DNA of 64,000 bases from the NCBI GenBank assembly GCA_010909165.1, contig MU008150.1:589116-653115 (forward strand), read 5' to 3'. The DNA comes from Anthoceros angustus. Lineage: Eukaryota; Plantae; Anthocerotophyta. Made by a program: the position numbers and the translations under genes. A model generated the notes under the pieces. That model had not been told where the DNA came from and did no database searches. It saw only the letters and a list, made by a program, of their open reading frames with translations. Of the stretch, positions 60,084 to 64,000 are shown one piece after another; positions within the stretch are counted from its first letter, which is position 1, and the number at the start of each line of letters is the position of its first letter.

Positions 60084-62061
60084 ATGTCCTGCACCTGGGC
60101 ACCCACAAGGGCTGTGGGCTGCAGCAGCTCGTATGGCGCTCCCGCATCCCCGACCCTAGAATGTGGGAGGGTTTTCACAATTGGGCGCCTGCGAGTTTCT
60201 CCTCTTGGGGACCAGGACTGCGTCATGCTGTTCCTGGGAGATGTGTTGTGGTTGTGGGGAGGTGAAGGCTCGCCGACGCTGCCTGGCCACACGCAGCACG
60301 TTCTCTGAAGCAGTCAGGTATGGCAGAGAGCCTGGTGTGAAGGTGGGAGAATCCTTTGTTCACTCACCGGTGCTGTCGAGGAGCAGGAAGCCCAAGGGGT
60401 TGATACATTTCCTGGGCGGTGCATTCATCGGCCGAGCCCTGAGCTAACCTACAGGTACCATCACATTTCCTTGGCAAGGTCGTGTTTCTGTTATGCATGA
60501 AATCTGTGTCATGGCTATCTGGATGCGGCAGTGCATTTTGATCCGTGACGTCGTTGCCCGCCCAGGCTTTTCATTGAACTCTTGGCAAAGGAGGGCTATC
60601 TGATCGTGGCAACTCCGTATAGCATAACGTTTGACCATTCAGCATGCGCTTTGGAGCTTCATCGGAAGTTCAATGATTCCCTCGATATCTTGTTGGATTC
60701 AGGATTTTGCCGGCTTGTCTGCTGAGGATGTTGCAAATCTGCCAATCTACAGCGTCGGGCACAGGTAAGCTCTTGTCTTCTTCCGTGCAAATACTCTCTC
60801 AAGGAACAGCAGACTGTGGAGTGTCGGGATGAGTTTTTCCATAACTACTTGGTTTATATTGCATTGCTTGTCTCCAGCAATGGGGCTCTCATGCAGGTTC
60901 TCATTGGATGCGTCTGCAAGGATCGAAAATTGCCCAAGGTAGAGTTTGAGTTGGGGTGGGACGTCTCTGCTCCTTGCTTTCTGTGTTTAGACTTTTCACG
61001 TCAGGCCATGCAAATTGAGGCTTCTCCTTCTTTTGTATGTCATTGTTCTTGGAACTTGAATGCACAGGCAAATGCCCTAGTTTCTTTCAACAACAAATCA
61101 GCATCGGAGGCTGTCCCCTACTTCGATCAGGTACAGCAAGACTGCCCAGCTCGAGCTTCTGCATCTTGGCCTATATCGCTGCATTCAATCCCATCTCTCA
61201 TTTTTGCCACACAGGTCGGACCAAGGATTGTTCAAATCGCTCCTTTGGCGTCAGCCTCTCCTGTAACTAGCTTCGTGCAATTTGTGGCAGGTATTGCTAC
61301 CATTTCGACCTCTGCTTCCAGGTTAACACCATCCCCACAAGAGCACTAACCAGCAGGTGTGGTATTCTGCAGATGAGGTTGTCCCAGCTGTCGGAAATTT
61401 CCTGGGCCCAAAAGTGGTTCCAAAGTCAGATGTTACATCCGTCAGCAACTTCTTGAGCCAGATCCCAGGAGTCCTGACTCAGGTATGGTTCCTGGGTACT
61501 AAACCTCATCCCCTCTAGATGCATCCAGCCATTGCTAAGCTGACTTCACCTCCAAGTGCAACAGGTAACAGAAGGCGTCTCAGAGTTCACGCCCCACCGC
61601 CGCCAACCAGAAACATAGCAGCATCGTACTCCATACCCAATACCCTTCTGGTGCCACTCTCCCCTCACTCCCTGCCCAGGCCCTTGCTCCCTCTGAGCAC
61701 TCCATCCCCTCGTCCTGCAGGTCAAGTACACGGTCGACACCATCGACGAAACTGACATCCTGGAGGAGCTCCTGCAACCTCGCATCCAGTCCCTTGGAGG
61801 CAAGCTCCAGAAGATCATCCTAGCAGGGACCCATGCAACTCCTCTTGCTCCAGTACGTCTACCTTCCCCTCAGGCTACCTGCTGCCACTGCCACCCGCTT
61901 CCTTAACCTGCTGTGTGCCTGCAAACCACCACAGGACCTGAGGTGGCGCACTGGAGACGTCTACACCCCATCGATGCCATCAGCCAGGTTCTCAGGAACG
62001 CTGCTCTGGCTGATCTGCGGGGACAGCAAGGAGCATTGTGGACTGGTTCGACCTTCTGTGA
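60084..62061 (+). CDS. DUF1350 alpha/beta-hydrolase-like plastid protein, multi-exon
   Basis: PKGLIHFLGGAFIG, GYLIVATPY, LPIYSVGHS|NGAL, NALVSFNNKSASEAVP, VKYTVDTIDET, GTHATP. Confidence 0.87.
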
Positions 62062-62247
62062 TGTCCTTTCTGCTTGTTCATTTTCATAGCAGAGATGGAC
62101 GATTCCATGGAAGGAAAGTAGGAAAGGGGAAATGGACAAGGTGATGAGCTGCACTGCACCTCCATGTACCCTTGGCTGGTATTGACCCAGCTTCCTGGGA
62201 TCCTGACCACGTACAACCATGGCCTACACACGTCTTGCATCACAGCC

Positions 62248-62368
62248 TTGAGAAGCCGTAGAAGTCGTCTCAGCCGAGGGAAGTCGTCTCAGCCGAGGGA
62301 AGTCGTCAAATCCTTGAGAAGTCGTATGGGCTTTGAAACGCCGTCTCATTCGAGAAGTCGTCTCAAAC
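62248..62368. repeat. Short GAAGTCGT-core repeats (19-bp unit x2 plus partials)
   Basis: GAAGTCGTCTCAGCCGAGG at 62261 and 62280, with partial copies on either side. Confidence 0.8.
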
Positions 62369-62499
62369 GCTTCCACTAAATTCGTATGTAGCACACATGC
62401 TTACAATCTCTACCTTCCCCTCGGCGAGGGACGAGACCTTGCAGGTGCGATCTTCGAGGTGTTCGTCGTTTGTGTGTTTTTGTGGTGGCACAGCTTGCA

Positions 62500-64000
62500 A
62501 GGAGTTCTGATGTCACAGCTTGCAAGCGAGCTGGTTGCTCCTAGCTCCCGGGTCTTCAGAGCGGCATTCCTGAATCTGGAGTGGTTTGTTCAGCAGGGTT
62601 GCGCAAGCTGGAGCTCGTATCTGCGCCTAGAATGCAGCAGGGAGGCCAAATTTCTGGCAACGGGTCGCCGTACAGGGCCCGCGTGCTGCAGCAGCCTCCA
62701 CGCCGCCTCCGGCTCCGGATGTGCGCGGTCGGCATCGGAAGCGCGCCGAGCTGAGCCGGCTTCACCAAGAGATACGGGCTCTTCAGGTGAGCCTGCCGGA
62801 GGACAATGAGCAGCTGCATTTTTTGCAAGACAGTCCGCGGGTTTGCTGAAACATGTGTGCCGGGCAGGAGGAGCTGAGGGAGCTGGAGCGGGTACCTCCG
62901 GCATCGCACGGCTGCAGAGAGTAAGCCTTGTGCCTGGTTTTGGTCTGATCCATGATGGCTTGTTGCGGAGAAGAGGTTTTGAGGCACAGCTGCGGGATGG
63001 ATGGCAGGTTGGTGAAATTCATCGACAGTTGTCCAGACCCGTTCATTCCCAGGTAACGGCGTGGTTCAGGAAGTTGAGTGTTCGGTTCTTTGTGCTTGTT
63101 TTAGGTGATATGCTGTGCGGCTCGGTGTCAGGATGCTAATGTTTGATTTCTGACGATGTTAAGTGGATGAGACTGATGTGTTCGTTTGCCTGCAGTGCCG
63201 TAGGTCCTGGGAGCAAGGACTGGCATAGATGGTTTGAGCCGACGACTGCGTCGCAGGGTTGCTGGGGTTGTTTGCAGGGATAGGGATTGCTTCAGGCTGG
63301 CTTCGTTGTTCTGTTGCTGATGGTATGAGTTGAGGGTTTCCTCGTTGTACCTGAGCTTTGTTTGTATTCTTAATGTATAACAGCAGACATTGTTTGCATA
63401 AAGTGGCAAAGTGGCTCCACATCCCTGACGGATGCTGCGGTCATGTTACGCATCATCCGTTGTAGTGTCTGTTTCCCAAGACTAGGAGCCAGGGCTGGTG
63501 CAGTGAAGAAACTGATTTTGGCTCAAAGTCATTCTGAATTCAGAGGAACGACTCGAATTGGGTACACAACTCGAATTTTCTGAACTCAGGTACGCTGCAA
63601 ATCGCTCGCTCGCATTTGCAGCGGTTGACTGAGACCGAACGGTTCTTGTGCTGCCTAGGATTCTGCACAGGCGTTTCGGGTCGGTGAGTGTGCGTAACAG
63701 AGCTGTGCAGCGTATTTTAGACACCTTTGACACATAGTTATCAAAGTAGTTTGTAAAAGGGCCACACAGACGAAAGAGTCCAGATAACATGTACCCCGTT
63801 TAAAACTTTTAAATAAGTGTGATTCTTGTATCTGTTGGGTTGAATTGTTGAACTAAAAAATGATGATGCTCAAAACATTCTATCAAGCTCTTTATTATTC
63901 ATGCTGGTATTTAATGCTTCTGCAAAAACACCTGGCTTGATGATAAAGGCAGAACACACTTTGATCAGCACCCGACCGTACAGGGTAATTCACTGATCCA
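62500..64000 (-). CDS. Possible 3' part of an unidentified gene running off the window
   Basis: Ser/Pro-rich overlapping open frames on - from about 63790 to 62560; no motif recognised and strand uncertain. Confidence 0.25.

Overview
Gene-dense nuclear DNA from a non-seed land plant. A Selaginella-like lycophyte fits best, but this is inference from the short GT-AG introns, a nuclear copy of mitochondrial rps3, a cyanobacterial-type miaB, a PLS-class PPR relic and a CRE-like retroelement. About 16 protein genes are recognisable: VQ protein, miaB, anthranilate phosphoribosyltransferase, DTW-domain protein, DUF639, rps3, DUF177/YceD, SCAR/WAVE, TatD, a bacterial-type PqqB/PhnP-like metallo-beta-lactamase, OST3B, an At4g33380-like protein, DUF971, DUF1350 and two unidentified probable organelle proteins. 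There is one intact tRNA-Gly(GCC) and two tRNA-like relics. Mobile DNA includes a chromodomain Ty3/gypsy element (39.0-47.3 kb) with AGTAAC...GTTACT LTR ends, a 2.67-kb TIR element nested in its RT, a CRE-like non-LTR RT fragment and several minisatellites. Almost every gene carries 1-2 nt indels, so the sequence is probably an unpolished long-read consensus. Gene ends are reconstructed by eye and family names come from remembered motifs, not database searches. The best lead is the intronless bacterial-type MBL gene at 37308-38192. It sits 85 bp after a spliced plant gene and is immediately followed by a decayed tRNA-Gly, making it a candidate horizontal transfer of unknown function.
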